The notes below the pieces were generated by a model that did not search any database, was not told the DNA's origin, and worked only from the letters and a program-made list of their open reading frames with translations. Below, one piece after another: positions 1 through 9,057 of a DNA stretch of 57,811 nt. Source of the stretch: Escherichia phage vB_EcoS_AVIO78A; sequence record MZ726797.1; one strand, written 5' to 3'. Every line of letters starts with the position of its first letter. Position 1 is the first letter of the stretch. The translations under genes and the position numbers were made by a program.

Positions 1-260
1 TATAGAAAGATAGAGATAGTGCATATAGTGTATTAACTGTAAATAGAGCTAAAATAAAAGTCTGGGAGATACCTATTGTAATCTATGTTTTTATGCAAGT
101 CTTTGAAATCATTGTGATTATGGGTTACGTATTTATGTATGTGATCGAAAATTAGTGCATGTTGTGCATTAACTGTAAACTTAATACTAACATTGTATTA
201 GCTGTAAAACAGGGCGTGTGGACAACCCGTGGGTATCTGTGGGAAACTAATTTAAAATTT
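1..260. repeat. AT-rich non-coding region with iterated motifs (GTRYATTARCTGTAAA x3; TGCATGTTGTGC); continues the repeat region at the window end; candidate pac/origin/early-promoter region
   Basis: direct reading of repeated motifs; no ORF with RBS. Confidence 0.55.
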
Positions 261-275
261 ATGGGAGACAAATTT

Positions 276-911
276 ATGAAAATTTCAGACCGGGCTAAAA
301 GGGCTGCTCTGGAGTTGTCGCCGGAACAGCTCAAATTCGCCAACCTGTGGTTAGATCGTGTCAATAACGGCTTCAGCAATACGCGATGCGTTTTAGAGGC
401 TTATCCGGGTCACACGTCTGATGCAGCGGCTGCAACGACCGCACACCGCCTCCTGTCGAATACAAAGGTGTTGAACTATCTGGACGCGATGGGAAGTCAT
501 GCGCTTGAATCTGTCGGGGAATCGTTAACGAGTCGTGTCGAGTGGTGGAAGCGCGCGGCAAGCACGGCTGAAGAATTACTGGAACCATACTGCCAACGCG
601 TCATCGTTCCTGGTGAAGACGACACGGAAGCGAAACACTTGTGGGTGAACAGTACCGACGATATCCCCAGTCATCTTCAACAGTACGTAGTTTGCTACAA
701 GCGTTACATGCTGGGTGGATACATTCTGGTGACGCGTGAACTGTTCGACCCGAAAACTCGTGCAAAAGCGTCTGAGCAACTGGATAAAATCACCGGGAAC
801 AGTATCGACCGTGTGGAACTGTCTGGTGTGGTTGGTAACGTGGTTCAGAGTGTTCCTGAAGGTGCAACTATCGACGACATCGCACAACTGTATCAGAAGG
901 CGCTTAAATAG
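276..911 (+). CDS. terminase small subunit (putative)
   Basis: ORF 159..911 trimmed to ATG 276 preceded by GGGAGA; N-terminal region resembles TerS DNA-binding domains; immediately upstream region is iteron-rich. Confidence 0.55.
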   Translation: MKISDRAKRAALELSPEQLKFANLWLDRVNNGFSNTRCVLEAYPGHTSDAAAATTAHRLLSNTKVLNYLDAMGSHALESVGESLTSRVEWWKRAASTAEELLEPYCQRVIVPGEDDTEAKHLWVNSTDDIPSHLQQYVVCYKRYMLGGYILVTRELFDPKTRAKASEQLDKITGNSIDRVELSGVVGNVVQSVPEGATIDDIAQLYQKALK

Positions 912-1242
912 GCGGTTGTTCCGGCTTAAATCGTGCCGGAAACCGTTTGCGTTTTCGATAAACAGGGTTGAGTGGTGCAAGTGTACTGATAAGGGTATTA
1001 AGCTCGTCAGAGAGCGTTTTAGGTGTGGGAAGATTTGTATTAATGAAACTTTTCGCGTCATCAAGAGTTCTAAAGAAGCCATAATTTTTGTGGTTCATTG
1101 TCACGTTGTATGGGTAATCACAGTTAAAACTTAAAGTCATAAAATAGATCCTGCCAATTTCTTTACCATTCTCAAAAATCGCAAGGTCTTTCGTAAGCAG
1201 TGAACCTGTTCCTAAAGCATATGCTGGTTCAAAAGTTTTCAT
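904..1242 (-). CDS. hypothetical protein
   Basis: ORF track; ATGA overlap with upstream small gene; C-terminus overlaps TerS end. Confidence 0.4.
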   Translation of the reverse strand: MKTFEPAYALGTGSLLTKDLAIFENGKEIGRIYFMTLSFNCDYPYNVTMNHKNYGFFRTLDDAKSFINTNLPTPKTLSDELNTLISTLAPLNPVYRKRKRFPARFKPEQPPI

Positions 1243-1391
1243 TTGAATTCATACTCCACAATACCAAATTCGTTAATAATTTGTGCTTTATAAAAACAAC
1301 CTTTCGATGCCAGTTTATAGGCTTGTTCCATAGTCATTTCACGATATTCAACCATTGAGTTTTCTGTTTCTAATATCATCAGTGTAACCAT
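1239..1391 (-). CDS. small hypothetical protein (~50 aa)
   Basis: ATG with GAGGAA RBS just downstream of promoter at 1450; stop overlaps next start (ATGA); below ORF-track size cutoff. Confidence 0.4.
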   Translation of the reverse strand: MVTLMILETENSMVEYREMTMEQAYKLASKGCFYKAQIINEFGIVEYEFK

Positions 1392-1426
1392 TTTCCTGTT
1401 CCTCACAATTCGTTGTCTATGTGAGT

Positions 1427-1470
1427 AATTTACACGTCCTTGTGTAATCCGTCAAGAATTATTTTAAATA
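1427..1470 (-). promoter_or_regulatory. conserved sigma70-like promoter (UP element AAAATAATTC, -35 TTGACG, 17 bp spacer, -10 TAAATT)
   Basis: member of 14-copy motif family; correct distance upstream of a minus-strand gene. Confidence 0.6.
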
Positions 1471-1491
1471 AAACCCCGGAACTAACCGGGG
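1461..1491 (-). terminator. intrinsic terminator (minus strand)
   Basis: hairpin CCCCGG-AACTAA-CCGGGG followed by T-rich tract on minus strand, directly after stop of 1501..1836. Confidence 0.5.
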
Positions 1492-1500
1492 AAATGTTCA

Positions 1501-1836
1501 TTATTCGCCCAACGCTTCTTTCAACAACCGATACGTTTCAGGACATTTGCCGGATCCGCGTTCACGTTCATAAGCTGCACTAATAGCGTCCCAGTTTTCA
1601 ATCACCCCTTTAAACGCCGGACACTTTTCAGCAATCAATGGAAAACTGTTTCTGATTTCTGGCACAGCTTCAACCAGGAACCAACAACGACGGAAATCGG
1701 CAACATCCCGTGGTGCATGAAATCCCCAATCACCACCCATTTCATTACCTGTGTGAATACACACCATCGTTTTAGAACTCAGTCCCGTTTCACCAGAACA
1801 TAACCACTGAATAATACGTTCCTGTTCTGTTTTCAT
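1501..1836 (-). CDS. hypothetical protein
   Basis: ORF track; stop/start overlap with rdgC-like gene. Confidence 0.5.
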   Translation of the reverse strand: MKTEQERIIQWLCSGETGLSSKTMVCIHTGNEMGGDWGFHAPRDVADFRRCWFLVEAVPEIRNSFPLIAEKCPAFKGVIENWDAISAAYERERGSGKCPETYRLLKEALGE

Positions 1837-2747
1837 CGTTTAGCTTCCCCACCCAAAGCAGTGATAAGTTGTTTGATCAGCGCTGAAAGTTCACCTGTCA
1901 TTAGTACAAAATCAGCGTCAAATCGTGCCAGAACATCTTCAAGGTCAATATCGTCATTCTGTCCGATCAGTTCATCACAGAACTTCACACGGTTTAATGT
2001 CATGCTGTCAGTTAGCGTAAACGTTACCCGCTGCTGCCAGTCCAGAGCCAGCTTTGTAACGACTTTCCCTGCTTCAATATGTGTGGCTATTTCATCACTG
2101 GTTAAATCCTGTTTTTTAACGCGTGCAACACCACCATCAGCCAGGATCGCTTTCAGTTCAGCAGCGTCACCCATTGTGAAACCTGTTGGCGCGTTTCCTG
2201 AACGTACCCACTCCGTTGTTGTCAGTTCAACAGGGTTTTCAGTTGTCAGTGGGACTACAGGCAGACTACCCAGGGATTTACGTAACAGCGCTAACGCATC
2301 TTCAGCCCGTTTAGCACTGGGCGCATCAACCACAATCAACCCGTTAGTGATGTCGATCCACAACTGTGTACGACTGTTTTTAACGAACGCCCGTGGTAAC
2401 AGACTGTGCAACACTTCATCTTTCAGCGCGTCTTTCTCTGTTTTCTTCAGCTTACGCGCCTGTTCAGCTTCCAGTTTGGCGATTCGCGCGTTCAGATGCT
2501 GTTTAATGACCGGACCCGGAATAATCTTTTCCTGTTTCTGGATGGTCAGCAGATATTGCCCGTTAGCCTGGTGAACCAGTGTCCGATGTTGTTCAGTTGC
2601 CGGAACCCATCCAGTACGCGCCATATCCTGTGAACCACATGGATTGAATTGAAACGCACACAAGCTGTCTTCCAGCGTTGGCAACTGGGCCATTAATTGC
2701 ATCGGGTTAGTCAGACGATAAATGATTGCATTTTTAAAGAAGTTCAT
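1833..2747 (-). CDS. rdgC: recombination-associated protein RdgC homolog
   Basis: near full-length similarity to enterobacterial RdgC, e.g. [55 protein letters not shown]. Confidence 0.85.
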   Translation of the reverse strand: MNFFKNAIIYRLTNPMQLMAQLPTLEDSLCAFQFNPCGSQDMARTGWVPATEQHRTLVHQANGQYLLTIQKQEKIIPGPVIKQHLNARIAKLEAEQARKLKKTEKDALKDEVLHSLLPRAFVKNSRTQLWIDITNGLIVVDAPSAKRAEDALALLRKSLGSLPVVPLTTENPVELTTTEWVRSGNAPTGFTMGDAAELKAILADGGVARVKKQDLTSDEIATHIEAGKVVTKLALDWQQRVTFTLTDSMTLNRVKFCDELIGQNDDIDLEDVLARFDADFVLMTGELSALIKQLITALGGEAKR

Positions 2748-2941
2748 AGTTCAATGTCCTGTGGTTTGATAGTAACTTTTCCGTCAAGAACAACAGTGTT
2801 TACACCACTTAGTTTTTGTTCTTCGTATAAATCAAGTTCAACATTAATTCCGACGATTGAGGCTTCGTGTATCGCACAGTTTAACTGTTTAATGAGGTCT
2901 GAAATTCTACGCTGATAATCTTGTGCTTCTGATAGTTTCAT
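2744..2941 (-). CDS. hypothetical protein
   Basis: ORF track; overlapping stop/start with neighbours. Confidence 0.45.
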   Translation of the reverse strand: MKLSEAQDYQRRISDLIKQLNCAIHEASIVGINVELDLYEEQKLSGVNTVVLDGKVTIKPQDIEL

Positions 2942-3135
2942 ACACCACCTTCATTTTTAATATATTCAGCAACTAAATCTTTGACTTCTACAATTTTAAC
3001 AGCACCGTTATAATCAACCTGAATATGACAGTGACCATAACGCGCCGCTGTTAACCTGGCGTCGTTCAGTATTTTTAAATCTTTCAATACTTGTTCAATT
3101 GCTTGTTGTTTAATCACAGATTCGTGCACAGTCAT
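2938..3135 (-). CDS. hypothetical protein
   Basis: ORF track; ATGA overlap with upstream small gene. Confidence 0.45.
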   Translation of the reverse strand: MTVHESVIKQQAIEQVLKDLKILNDARLTAARYGHCHIQVDYNGAVKIVEVKDLVAEYIKNEGGV

Positions 3136-3287
3136 TTCCGGTTCCTTCTTTTCTTCGCCTCACGTCGGGCTTTTGCAATACCTGTTTTACGATGTGGTTG
3201 TTTACGATCAGTAATAATTCCTTGTGGTGGAACGCCCCACAAAGCGTTAGCGGAACCTAATAATTTAATCGCGTAATCAAGAATCAT
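3132..3287 (-). CDS. small basic hypothetical protein (~51 aa)
   Basis: ATG start, ATGA overlaps at both ends; lysine/arginine-rich C-terminus. Confidence 0.35.
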   Translation of the reverse strand: MILDYAIKLLGSANALWGVPPQGIITDRKQPHRKTGIAKARREAKKRRNRK

Positions 3288-3550
3288 ACGTTCACCACTT
3301 TTAAATCAGGTGAAAGGCTACGATGGTCGTGATGACCGTTCGTAGTAAATGAGAAAGTGTAATCGCATTGTTCACCATCGAACGTGAAGGGGATTTGAAA
3401 CCCTGTATCGTCAGTGATGCGAACTTTAACCGGGTATTCAGCTTGCGGATCGACTGCTACAACAGTGCCGAACGGTTTAGATTTGCGACGTGCGAGAATT
3501 TCTAACAGTCGTGGACTGGTGATTTCCACGTGTTGACCAGTTTTAAACAT
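3284..3550 (-). CDS. hypothetical protein
   Basis: ORF 3284..3577 trimmed to ATG 3550 (GGAG RBS, downstream of promoter -10). Confidence 0.5.
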   Translation of the reverse strand: MFKTGQHVEITSPRLLEILARRKSKPFGTVVAVDPQAEYPVKVRITDDTGFQIPFTFDGEQCDYTFSFTTNGHHDHRSLSPDLKVVNV

Positions 3551-3582
3551 GGTGATAACTCCAGTTGTTTTACACAAACTGA

Positions 3583-3626
3583 AGTCTATCTGATAATGTG
3601 TAAACCGTCAAGAATTATTTTAAACT
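3583..3626 (-). promoter_or_regulatory. conserved promoter (-35 TTGACG, -10 TAGACT); lies inside the 3-prime end of upstream ORF
   Basis: motif family member. Confidence 0.55.
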
Positions 3627-3792
3627 GTCCATCACTGTCTGCAGCGTAACAAATACCGTGATTGTAGATTGTCGCAGTTCGTGTAATGCGTTGATAGTCT
3701 GAGCATTGGTTACGAACACGCAGGTCATACCCGGATTGTATGATTAGCCAGGTTGCAATAATGGCGAGTAATTTTAAAACGTATCTGAACAT
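3586..3792 (-). CDS. hypothetical protein with hydrophobic N-terminus (possible signal/TM)
   Basis: ORF track trimmed to ATG 3792. Confidence 0.4.
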   Translation of the reverse strand: MFRYVLKLLAIIATWLIIQSGYDLRVRNQCSDYQRITRTATIYNHGICYAADSDGQFKIILDGLHIIR

Positions 3793-3863
3793 GTTCCGCA
3801 CTCCTGTTTGATAGTTTCAGGGTAGTGCGGAACTGGCGAAGATGGTATAGGATTTACGATAAT

Positions 3864-4259
3864 TTAACAGAGGTTTCGGCTGGCGTAAAACTTTGTACCG
3901 ACTGGCATACGTTCCATGTTGAGTTTTCCACGCAGGTATTTGTATGTTTCACCGGGAGAACGTAGTTCTGCGTCACACGGTCTTTCAACAATTTCACCCA
4001 CGGGATCACCTAACGCGCCTTTCCATCCTTCCCACATTGCAGTCATAGTGATAAACCAGACACTACCTAAACTGGCTTTCTTATTCTCCCAGAACCAGTC
4101 GATGAACTCTATCGACATCCCATGCTGTTTTGCAATTTCGTAACGGTCATCCACGCTTTCAACCCTCCACCCATGTTTAGCACGATTCATAGCGGTCCGT
4201 TCATCATTCGTGGTGAACAGTACGCGCCCGGATTTATGACAAATGTTCCAAGTCGTCAT
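3864..4259 (-). CDS. hypothetical protein
   Basis: ORF track. Confidence 0.5.
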   Translation of the reverse strand: MTTWNICHKSGRVLFTTNDERTAMNRAKHGWRVESVDDRYEIAKQHGMSIEFIDWFWENKKASLGSVWFITMTAMWEGWKGALGDPVGEIVERPCDAELRSPGETYKYLRGKLNMERMPVGTKFYASRNLC

Positions 4260-4311
4260 TTCGCTAATACACCAATAATGAAAATTAGCATGTAGAATAA
4301 AACATTACGGG

Positions 4312-4470
4312 TCATAATTCATAAACCTTAAAACTACCGCCTGAATAGCGATGTTTATTACACAACTTACAACGGTGTTCCTGAGTGGCGTAATTACGTT
4401 CATCACCGTGGGTAGTACGATATAAATACCATTCGTGTTTACAGAATAATCGTTTGAGAAATATCTTCAT
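4312..4470 (-). CDS. small Cys/His-containing protein (possible zinc ribbon, ~52 aa)
   Basis: ATG with strong GAGGAGGGG RBS; CxxH...CxxC spacing; below ORF-track cutoff. Confidence 0.45.
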   Translation of the reverse strand: MKIFLKRLFCKHEWYLYRTTHGDERNYATQEHRCKLCNKHRYSGGSFKVYEL

Positions 4471-4473
4471 AGT

Positions 4474-4668
4474 TCAATAACCCCTCCTCGACTGGTAATC
4501 AATTTTCTTCAGTGATTGTTGCACAATCTGCCAGGACGATAACATGAATAATTGCGCGTATTGCCCCAGTGCTAAATTTCGTGGTTTATCCTGATAAGCG
4601 TAAATCGTCGCAACATCATCAGCTTCCAGACGGATCCGCCACGGTGTCAGAGTTGGTTTATCGCCCAT
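4474..4668 (-). CDS. hypothetical protein
   Basis: ORF 4474..4704 (TTG) trimmed to ATG 4668; overlaps upstream stop. Confidence 0.45.
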   Translation of the reverse strand: MGDKPTLTPWRIRLEADDVATIYAYQDKPRNLALGQYAQLFMLSSWQIVQQSLKKIDYQSRRGY

Positions 4669-4993
4669 GTTCGATGCTCTCCAGTAGTTCACGAATGTTT
4701 TCAATTACACGTTGTTTTGTCTGAGTAGTGACACACACCCCATCAGTGCGACCGAACGTATTCAGGACCGTTTGAAGCATGTAAGTCATAAGTTCAGTAT
4801 TATAAAGTTTTACGAATATTGAAAGATCGCCACCAATTTCAACAGTGTCTACATCATCTTCAAAATATGAAAATGTAGTGTCTTTAAAATGAACACAGTA
4901 AACGGCATTTTGCCCGTATTCAGGTTGTGCATTACGTTCAAGACGAACGGTAAGAACTTCTTTAAATAATCCGTTGTGGTCTTTAATTTTCAT
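4658..4993 (-). CDS. hypothetical protein
   Basis: ORF 4658..5038 trimmed to ATG 4993 with AGGAG RBS. Confidence 0.5.
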   Translation of the reverse strand: MKIKDHNGLFKEVLTVRLERNAQPEYGQNAVYCVHFKDTTFSYFEDDVDTVEIGGDLSIFVKLYNTELMTYMLQTVLNTFGRTDGVCVTTQTKQRVIENIRELLESIEHGR

Positions 4994-5025
4994 ACCTGTG
5001 TTACTCCTGTTCAATTGATGATCAG

Positions 5026-5069
5026 AGTCTGACACCACCTCTGTAATCTGTCAAGAATTATTTTAAACC
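5026..5069 (-). promoter_or_regulatory. conserved promoter (-35 TTGACA, weak -10)
   Basis: motif family member upstream of the 4993 gene. Confidence 0.5.
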
Positions 5070-5130
5070 TCTGTTACCACCTGTCACCCGTGGTAAACTG
5101 TACAGAACAGTTACAAACGGACCGACAATC

Positions 5131-6894
5131 ATGAATAAGTTTACTGGAAATATTCATAATTACCCGCGTTGGCGGGATGCTTACGCAAACGACGAACGTA
5201 TCTGGCGAAAAGGTCAGCCACGCCCGGATTACAAACAGTGTTACATTGACCGTATTAACCTGTTAAATCGTATGCGCACGGATCGGGCAATTGTCCCGGT
5301 ACTGAAAAAGTATTACGAAACAAACCCGGTAGCGTTTATCCTCGACTGGGCGTTTACTTACGACCCGCGTAACGTCGGTACTGAATATCCACCCAACATG
5401 CCTTTCTGCCTTTTTGAACGTCAAATCGACATGGTTCAGTTTGTTTACGAAGCGCTTGAAGATAAAGAGAAAGGGCTTTGGGAAAAATCGCGAGATTACG
5501 GTGCAACCTGGGTAGCCTGTGGCTTGTCCGTGTGGGCGTGGCTGTATCGTCCTGGTTCTTCAGTTGGCTGGGGATCACGTAAAGAACAGCTTGTTGATAA
5601 ACTGGGCGACCCGGATAGTATTTTTGAAAAGATTCGCCAGATTATTCGCGCATTACCACCAGAATTACGCCCTGTTGGTCTGCGTGAAAAAGACCATCTG
5701 GTTTATATGAAATGTATCAACCCTGAAAACGGTGCGACAATTACTGGTGAAGCTGGTGACAACATTGGTCGTGGTGGTCGTAAATCTGTTTACTTTCTCG
5801 ACGAAGCGGCACACGTAGATCGTCCTGAACTGATCGAAGCGTCGTTGTCAGCTAACACCAACGTCCGTATTGATATCAGTTCGGTTAATGGCGTTGGTAA
5901 CGTTTTTTATCGTAATCGTAAAGCTGGTCTGGAGTGGGAACCGGGCAAAAAATTACCTCGTGGTAAATTGCGTGTTATGGTTCTGGACTGGCGCGATCAC
6001 CCAGCTAAAGATGACGAATGGTATAAGCGAGAAAAACAATCTTTCGCTGAAAAAGGTTTACAGCATATTTTCGCACAGGAAGTTGACCGCGATTATGCCG
6101 CTGCTGTTCAGGGCGTGTTGATTAAAGCTGAATGGGTACGCGCTGCTTTTGATGCTTTCCGTGACACAGAATGGCGCAAAGCTAATGGACTACTTACACC
6201 AACAGGTCAACGTATCGCCGGACAGGACGCAGCAGACGGTGGTGAAGATGCCAGTGCGCTGGTAATTGCTCACGGTGTATTCCTGACACATCTGCAACTT
6301 GACCACAGGGGCGCTGAACTGGCTGCACCAGGAATGTTGACTATGGCTAATATGCTGGGTGTTGATGAATACTGGTACGAAGTTAACGGTGTTGGTACAG
6401 GCGTTAAAGTAGCGGCAAATGACCGAAAAGATACTTTACGCTTCCGTGTGCGTCCGTGGTTACCGAATGGAAAAGTTGTGGATCCGGGCGGTGATATTAT
6501 CGGTGGTACGAAACCTGGCGATAAAGACCGTAAATCAAACAAAGATTATTTCTCAAATTATAAAGCACAGGCATCGTGGGCGTTACGCTTGCGTTGTCAG
6601 CGAATTTATAAATGGTATGTGGAAGGTCAACCACAGGATCCAGACGAAATCATTCTGATTGATCCATCACTGGAAAATGCACAACGGTTAGAAGCTGAGT
6701 TAAGTCAGCCAACGTATACAAGTAACGGTGCCGGGAAGATTGTGATCGACAAAAAACCAAATGGAAGTAAGTCGCCAAACTTTTTCGATGCTGCGGTTAT
6801 TGCACTATCACCAAAACGTACCGAATTCGTTGAAGAACCGTTTACTGGCGGTGTGAATCCTGTTGGTACTCCTGAATATGGTGACATTTTTTAA
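5131..6894 (+). CDS. terminase large subunit
   Basis: 587 aa following TerS-like gene; ATPase-like segment KSRDYGATW and acidic FLDEAAH motif; followed by terminator. Confidence 0.75.
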   Translation: MNKFTGNIHNYPRWRDAYANDERIWRKGQPRPDYKQCYIDRINLLNRMRTDRAIVPVLKKYYETNPVAFILDWAFTYDPRNVGTEYPPNMPFCLFERQIDMVQFVYEALEDKEKGLWEKSRDYGATWVACGLSVWAWLYRPGSSVGWGSRKEQLVDKLGDPDSIFEKIRQIIRALPPELRPVGLREKDHLVYMKCINPENGATITGEAGDNIGRGGRKSVYFLDEAAHVDRPELIEASLSANTNVRIDISSVNGVGNVFYRNRKAGLEWEPGKKLPRGKLRVMVLDWRDHPAKDDEWYKREKQSFAEKGLQHIFAQEVDRDYAAAVQGVLIKAEWVRAAFDAFRDTEWRKANGLLTPTGQRIAGQDAADGGEDASALVIAHGVFLTHLQLDHRGAELAAPGMLTMANMLGVDEYWYEVNGVGTGVKVAANDRKDTLRFRVRPWLPNGKVVDPGGDIIGGTKPGDKDRKSNKDYFSNYKAQASWALRLRCQRIYKWYVEGQPQDPDEIILIDPSLENAQRLEAELSQPTYTSNGAGKIVIDKKPNGSKSPNFFDAAVIALSPKRTEFVEEPFTGGVNPVGTPEYGDIF

Positions 6895-6901
6895 ACAGTG
6901 T

Positions 6902-6931
6902 GGCGGGAATATTCCCGCCCGTTTTCTTTTT
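6902..6931 (+). terminator. intrinsic terminator after terminase gene
   Basis: GGCGGGAATATTCCCGCC hairpin plus T-rich tract. Confidence 0.65.
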
Positions 6932-6968
6932 AATTCTTGACAAATTACATTATAAATGTTTGTAAATT
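6922..6968 (+). promoter_or_regulatory. candidate promoter of accessory operon (UP-like, -35 TTGACA, -10 uncertain)
   Basis: resembles the conserved promoter family but spacer to a good -10 is atypical. Confidence 0.35.
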
Positions 6969-7055
6969 ATCTGTTAGATTAATGTAACACGTCTATACTC
7001 CTGTAGGTAACCAATCGGTTACAGTTAATTAACATTCTCTCACAGGAGTTTCAAC

Positions 7056-7160
7056 ATGTCTGACATGACTTTAGTTCCCACTGGCGGTTTCGGCGGTGAA
7101 GCTGGCGCGGCTGCACTTGGCGGTGGTATCGGTGGTCTTATCGGTTCCTGGTCGCGGTAA
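7056..7160 (+). CDS. short Gly-rich ORF (34 aa) overlapping start of next gene; possible leader or frameshift partner
   Basis: ATG with AGGAG RBS at correct spacing; translation MSDMTLVPTGGFGGEAGAAALGGGIGGLIGSWSR. Confidence 0.35.
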   Translation: MSDMTLVPTGGFGGEAGAAALGGGIGGLIGSWSR

Positions 7161-7713
7161 CTTTGGTGGTCCTGTAGAAGTTCAAGCCTCTGTAGATACC
7201 AACGCTATTCTGCAAGCTATCAATAACGGTACTCTTCAGACCATTCAGGGTCAGAATGGTACTAACCTGACTGTTGAACGCTCAGCAGCTTCTACCTATA
7301 ACGGTCTGACCCAACAGAACACACAAAACCTGCTGGCAAACGTTCAAGGTTTTGCAGGTCTGAACACGCAGATTCAACAGGGTACTAACACTGTGACCAA
7401 TGCGATCTGTGCATCTGAAACTGCGGCACTGACTCGTTCTTTCCAGGCACAGTTAGCGGCTGAGAAGTGTTGCTGCGAAACCAACCTGAATATCGAACGT
7501 CAGGCAGAAGCAACTCGTGCACTGATCCGTGACCAGTTCGCACAGTCTCAGGCTGTTCTGATTTGTGACCTGAAATCTCAGATTCAAACGCGTGACTTCC
7601 AGTTGTCTCAATTGTCACAAACGTCTCAGTTGGCGTGCAAAATTAACCAGGTCGATCAGCTTATTAACTTCAAGCTGCCTACTCCGCAAACTCCACCGAC
7701 TGGCTGCTGCTAA
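7096..7713 (+). CDS. Gln/Asn/Thr-rich Cys-containing protein with signal-peptide-like N-terminus
   Basis: ORF track (GTG start, no internal Met); N-terminus KLARLHLAVVSVVLSV; C-terminal GCC; start ambiguous. Confidence 0.45.
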   Translation: MKLARLHLAVVSVVLSVPGRGNFGGPVEVQASVDTNAILQAINNGTLQTIQGQNGTNLTVERSAASTYNGLTQQNTQNLLANVQGFAGLNTQIQQGTNTVTNAICASETAALTRSFQAQLAAEKCCCETNLNIERQAEATRALIRDQFAQSQAVLICDLKSQIQTRDFQLSQLSQTSQLACKINQVDQLINFKLPTPQTPPTGCC

Positions 7714-7763
7714 TTGGTCAACTAAGCGCCTCTGTACGGGGCGCTTTAACAGGAGATAAGAGT

Positions 7764-8123
7764 ATGCATTACAAACCGTATTACGTTATCAAAAAAGACG
7801 ATGATGACGATGAAGAGGAAGATGTAGAAATTCATCACCATCATCATTATCACCACGGGCATCACCCGGACACGACGGGAGTATTTCATCATGATAGCTA
7901 TGCTGGCGAACATGGTTCAGTTATGGCCCATGTTAAAGCACGTATGGATAACCCTCCTTCGACTTGGGCGTCGTACCACGATAAGCCCGGCGGGATGATG
8001 TCCATTGTTGAAATGGAATATCGCGAACTGATGGAAGAAAAAGCCGAAGGTTCGACGTCTGGTATTAAAAAAGAGCTAACGGATCTGGCTGCAGCCTGTA
8101 TCAACGCGCTTAAAAAGATGTAA
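7764..8123 (+). CDS. Asp/Glu- and His-rich protein (possible metal-binding)
   Basis: ATG with AGGAGA RBS; DDDDDEEEDVEIHHHHHYHHGHH tract. Confidence 0.55.
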   Translation: MHYKPYYVIKKDDDDDEEEDVEIHHHHHYHHGHHPDTTGVFHHDSYAGEHGSVMAHVKARMDNPPSTWASYHDKPGGMMSIVEMEYRELMEEKAEGSTSGIKKELTDLAAACINALKKM

Positions 8124-8139
8124 CTAACAGGAAACCGAC

Positions 8140-8637
8140 ATGCAGAATATTAACGCAGGTATGGGTGTCACCCAGTTTAACGGTATGAAACCGCGAAGCA
8201 CTATTAACATTGGTGGTGTGGAGTGGTCATTACGTCGGGATGCCACTGACTCAACAACAATGTTTCCTCACCCGAAGGTAAGCTGGCTTAACGCTGGTTG
8301 TGAACCGATGGGTGATGGTCGTTTTCATTACTGTTGGATTTTGGGTGTGATTCCCCCGACACCGGGGACAATCGAACGACCTGTTAATGTGATGTATGTT
8401 GGTTTCCATCAATTTAAAATTAATATCGCACCTAATTCAATTAGTCAGGCTGATTTAGACAGGATGCATGTTTATGTCAGCGATACTTCTCATTTTGCTG
8501 GTGAATTTGTCAGTAAGTTTTTAGGTACAGAACCTGTGGAAACTCGTGAAAATATCAGCCCGTGGCCCCCGATGAATGATCCTCGTGAGCAACCAAAAGT
8601 AGCCAAAAATAAGGTAAACGAAGATGACGAAGAATGA
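8140..8637 (+). CDS. hypothetical protein
   Basis: ORF track with RBS; acidic C-terminus. Confidence 0.5.
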   Translation: MQNINAGMGVTQFNGMKPRSTINIGGVEWSLRRDATDSTTMFPHPKVSWLNAGCEPMGDGRFHYCWILGVIPPTPGTIERPVNVMYVGFHQFKINIAPNSISQADLDRMHVYVSDTSHFAGEFVSKFLGTEPVETRENISPWPPMNDPREQPKVAKNKVNEDDEE

Positions 8638-8878
8638 AGGGGTAGACAAAGTAGTCGAAAGTCTGGGGTTACGAGCACACGTAATCGTAGACGAAGGTCA
8701 CAGTCAAGAAGCGATCATGAAGTCGGCATTTAACGATTTTAAAGCGTTGGGTTCTATGAGCGGGATCATGGCAGTGATGACTACCGGGAAATTAAGTCAG
8801 CAACAGTTAGATCTGGCACAACGTATCGCTGTGAAAGTAATTGCCGTTTTAGGTCTTAAAGAGTCAGAAAAAGCGTAA
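8624..8878 (+). CDS. hypothetical protein
   Basis: ORF track; overlaps previous gene end. Confidence 0.5.
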   Translation: MTKNEGVDKVVESLGLRAHVIVDEGHSQEAIMKSAFNDFKALGSMSGIMAVMTTGKLSQQQLDLAQRIAVKVIAVLGLKESEKA

Positions 8879-8892
8879 AAAAGGTGATTATT

Positions 8893-9057
8893 ATGTGTTG
8901 TAGAACATCGTGTTGTCTGGGAAGTCCTGCTACGCAATTTGGTCTTCTTCAATCACAGATTGCACATACTCAGGTCGTTTTCAGAGGGTTTACCAGTCCG
9001 TTCATAGTACCATTACAGTTTTCCGCGTTCACGTTTAGACCTTTTGTATTTTACTGA
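8893..9057 (+). CDS. candidate small Cys-rich peptide (54 aa)
   Basis: ATG 7 nt after AAGGTGA; MCCRTSCCLG N-terminus; ends before terminator; may instead be untranslated. Confidence 0.25.
   Translation: MCCRTSCCLGSPATQFGLLQSQIAHTQVVFRGFTSPFIVPLQFSAFTFRPFVFY

Noticed and set aside
1861-2574. 237-aa plus-strand ORF
   Set aside because: Lies entirely antisense to the rdgC homolog, which has strong protein-level support; Ser/Arg-rich low-complexity translation.
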